Shown here: in pieces, positions 62,123-64,000 of the stretch
Layout: every line of letters begins with the position of its first letter
How positions within the stretch are numbered: position 1 is the first letter of the stretch
NCBI GenBank assembly: GCA_045538875.1
Contig: JAZQEG010000003.1
Coordinates: 19 to 64,018, forward strand
From: Clostridia bacterium
Lineage (GTDB): Bacteria > Bacillota > Clostridia > UMGS1810
Length of the DNA stretch: 64,000 bases
Direction: 5' to 3'
Notes under the pieces: generated by a model
Databases searched by the model: none
Told to the model about the DNA's origin: nothing
Seen by the model: the letters and a program-made list of their open reading frames with translations, nothing else
Made by a program: the position numbers and the translations under genes

Positions 62123-64000
62123 ATGAAATTTAAAAGGATAACGACAATAGCATTAATAATATGTATGATAACAACAACTGCACTTGCTTCGGTTTTGGGC
62201 AGCGAAACATATTCGGCACTAAAGGTGGAGGTTGCAAAGGGTACAACATATGTGAGCAATGTGTTTGTAAGCGACCAGAGCAGTGTGGGCAGGCAGAGCG
62301 AAAACTACTATATATATGAGCCAAATAGCGGCATTGTGCCCGTAATTGCCAATGACACATATATATATGGTAAAACAAAGGTTTCGCAAATGGCGCAAAA
62401 GCTGCAACAACAGGGTTTGTATCCCATAATGGTTATGAACAGCGATTATTTTTCGCTGCAAACGGGAGTGCAAATGGGCAATCAGGTGGTAGACGGTGTT
62501 GTTGTAACCAAAGACCCAAGCGGTCAGGATGCTGTGGGCATCAGGGAGGATGGTAGCGCATTTATTTCGTGGCTGCAGATTAACACAAAGCTCACTGCTA
62601 ATGGCAAAACCTTTGCAATTGAAAATGTCAACAAGTACCCACAGCCATACTCTATATATCTGCTTACCGATGAGTTTGCCCCCACCACCAAAAGCCAAAA
62701 ACCCTCGTACAATGTTGTAATAGGTGAGCTTTCGGGCAGTATGGCTTTAAACGCTGATGTAACGGGCGTAGTGGAAGAGGTAATTGAATCGGATGGCGAA
62801 ATACCAATCCCAAAAGGCAAAATTGTTTTGTGCGTGGACAAGGAAATTGCTGATGAAAAAATGGAAAATATAAAGCTTCTTAATGTAGGCGATGAGGTAA
62901 CCATAAATAATAGTGCCGAGGGAGATGCACGCTGGGGCGAGTGTAAATATATTCAGGGCTCAATAGGTGGCAGACTTATTAAAAACGGTCAAATTCAGGA
63001 TGTTGACCAGGCGGCGGCACCGCGCAGTGCGGTGGGCATTACACAGGACGGCAAAATTATTTTTTACACAATAGACGGCAGACAAATAGGACACAGCTTT
63101 GGCATAAGGCTCAAAACCTTGTCAAAAAGGCTGCTTGAGCTTGGGTGTGTGGATGCAATCAATTTTGATGGAGGCGGCTCTACTGCAATAGTCGGCACCT
63201 ACCCTGGTTATGACAACATCGAATTGCTCAACAAGCCGTCCGAAGGCACCGAGAGAGCAGTTGCCACTTTTATTGCACTTATGAACACCCGTGAGGCAAC
63301 AGGTATTCCAAGCAAACTCCATCTGTCGCCCTACGGAGGCAATTATCTTTCGGGCACAACCCAAAAGTTCACTGTTTCCGCAACCGACCAAAATGACCAC
63401 CCTGCAAAGCTTGACGGTGAGGTAACATATTCATCAGGCGGGAGCAGCTACACCTCTACCGACGGAACTGCAGTGCTTACAGGCAATGGCAATGTAACTG
63501 TTACTGCAACAAGCGGTGACCTTAAGGGCAGCACAACCGTAACAGTTTTTGCAACTCCCGACAACATAGGCTTTTATAACAAAAGCACAAACAAGGCAAT
63601 AACCTCGCTCAATATTTCGGGCGGTCAGAGTGTGGCACTCGGTGCAAATGCAACAGTGGGCAGCAAAACTCTTGTTGCAGATGACAGCTGCTTTAGCTGG
63701 AGTGCCGATGAGGCAATCGGCACCATAACACAAGATGGTGTGTTTACTGCGTCACAGGTTTCATCAAGCGGCAGTATAACCGTTACGGCAGGCAACAAAA
63801 CCAGTAAGCTGCCTGTTGTTGTAACAGGGGACAAATATGCTGCATATACAAATGCTGAGTTTGCAAGTGACAGCGATAATATATATGTAACACTCGTTTC
63901 CCAAAACGGCATAGATGTACAAAAAGAAAATATAAGCATAACAGTTGACGGCGAGCAGGCAGAGTTTGAGTACAAAGACAATTTGGTTACCGTAAGCCGA
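62123..64000 (+). CDS. Secreted phosphodiester glycosidase (NAGPA/DUF2233) family protein with Ig-like repeats; 3' end truncated by the window
   Basis: Open frame from the ATG at 62123 to the window end (626 codons, no stop); it is absent from the ORF track for that reason. Signal peptide MKFKRITTIALIICMITTTALA. Motifs AAPRSAVGITQDGKIIFYTIDGRQ and INFDGGGST. Downstream repeats look like Big_2 domains. Confidence 0.8.
   Translation, partial: MKFKRITTIALIICMITTTALASVLGSETYSALKVEVAKGTTYVSNVFVSDQSSVGRQSENYYIYEPNSGIVPVIANDTYIYGKTKVSQMAQKLQQQGLYPIMVMNSDYFSLQTGVQMGNQVVDGVVVTKDPSGQDAVGIREDGSAFISWLQINTKLTANGKTFAIENVNKYPQPYSIYLLTDEFAPTTKSQKPSYNVVIGELSGSMALNADVTGVVEEVIESDGEIPIPKGKIVLCVDKEIADEKMENIKLLNVGDEVTINNSAEGDARWGECKYIQGSIGGRLIKNGQIQDVDQAAAPRSAVGITQDGKIIFYTIDGRQIGHSFGIRLKTLSKRLLELGCVDAINFDGGGSTAIVGTYPGYDNIELLNKPSEGTERAVATFIALMNTREATGIPSKLHLSPYGGNYLSGTTQKFTVSATDQNDHPAKLDGEVTYSSGGSSYTSTDGTAVLTGNGNVTVTATSGDLKGSTTVTVFATPDNIGFYNKSTNKAITSLNISGGQSVALGANATVGSKTLVADDSCFSWSADEAIGTITQDGVFTASQVSSSGSITVTAGNKTSKLPVVVTGDKYAAYTNAEFASDSDNIYVTLVSQNGIDVQKENISITVDGEQAEFEYKDNLVTVSR

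Overview
Low-GC Firmicutes/Clostridia-type chromosomal segment, from a spore-former judging by a SpoIVFB-like protease. It is mostly core metabolism and information-processing genes. Left to right: tRNA-Trp; TetR regulator; alanine dehydrogenase; a NahK-like sugar kinase; a complete minus-strand histidine operon (yerC/hisR-hisZGD-[repeat element]-hisCBHAF-hisIE-hisK); serC-serA; tRNA-Asp; an SDR; an RluA-family pseudouridine synthase; metY-metA followed by a minimal sufC/sufB-like pair; an orphan three-gene operon of unrecognisable proteins directly upstream of rpoB-rpoC; the str operon (L7Ae-family gene, rpsL, rpsG, fusA, tuf); DUF1624/ybaK/ispA; pdxK; ligA; a radical-SAM pair; spoIVFB-like and M23 peptidase genes. 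The right-hand 13 kb holds two minus-strand blocks of phage-derived genes. Block A is scaffold, N4-gp56-type major capsid protein, two small ORFs, large terminase and a lipoprotein. Block B is four translationally coupled ORFs of 54, 120, 583 and 309 aa. A plus-strand sugar-acid block (yaiI, nucleotidyltransferase, uxuA, uxuB-like) separates them, and a partial secreted phosphodiester-glycosidase gene follows. No rRNA, CRISPR array, transposase or integrase is visible. The most unusual observations are: (1) the split, portal-less, tail-less capsid/terminase gene set; (2) the orphan operon where rplKAJL normally precedes rpoB; (3) a 106-bp near-perfect direct repeat flanking a GC-rich structured core inside the his operon; (4) several small GC-rich structured intergenic elements. 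All functional calls come from reading the translations and recalling family motifs; no database search was run.
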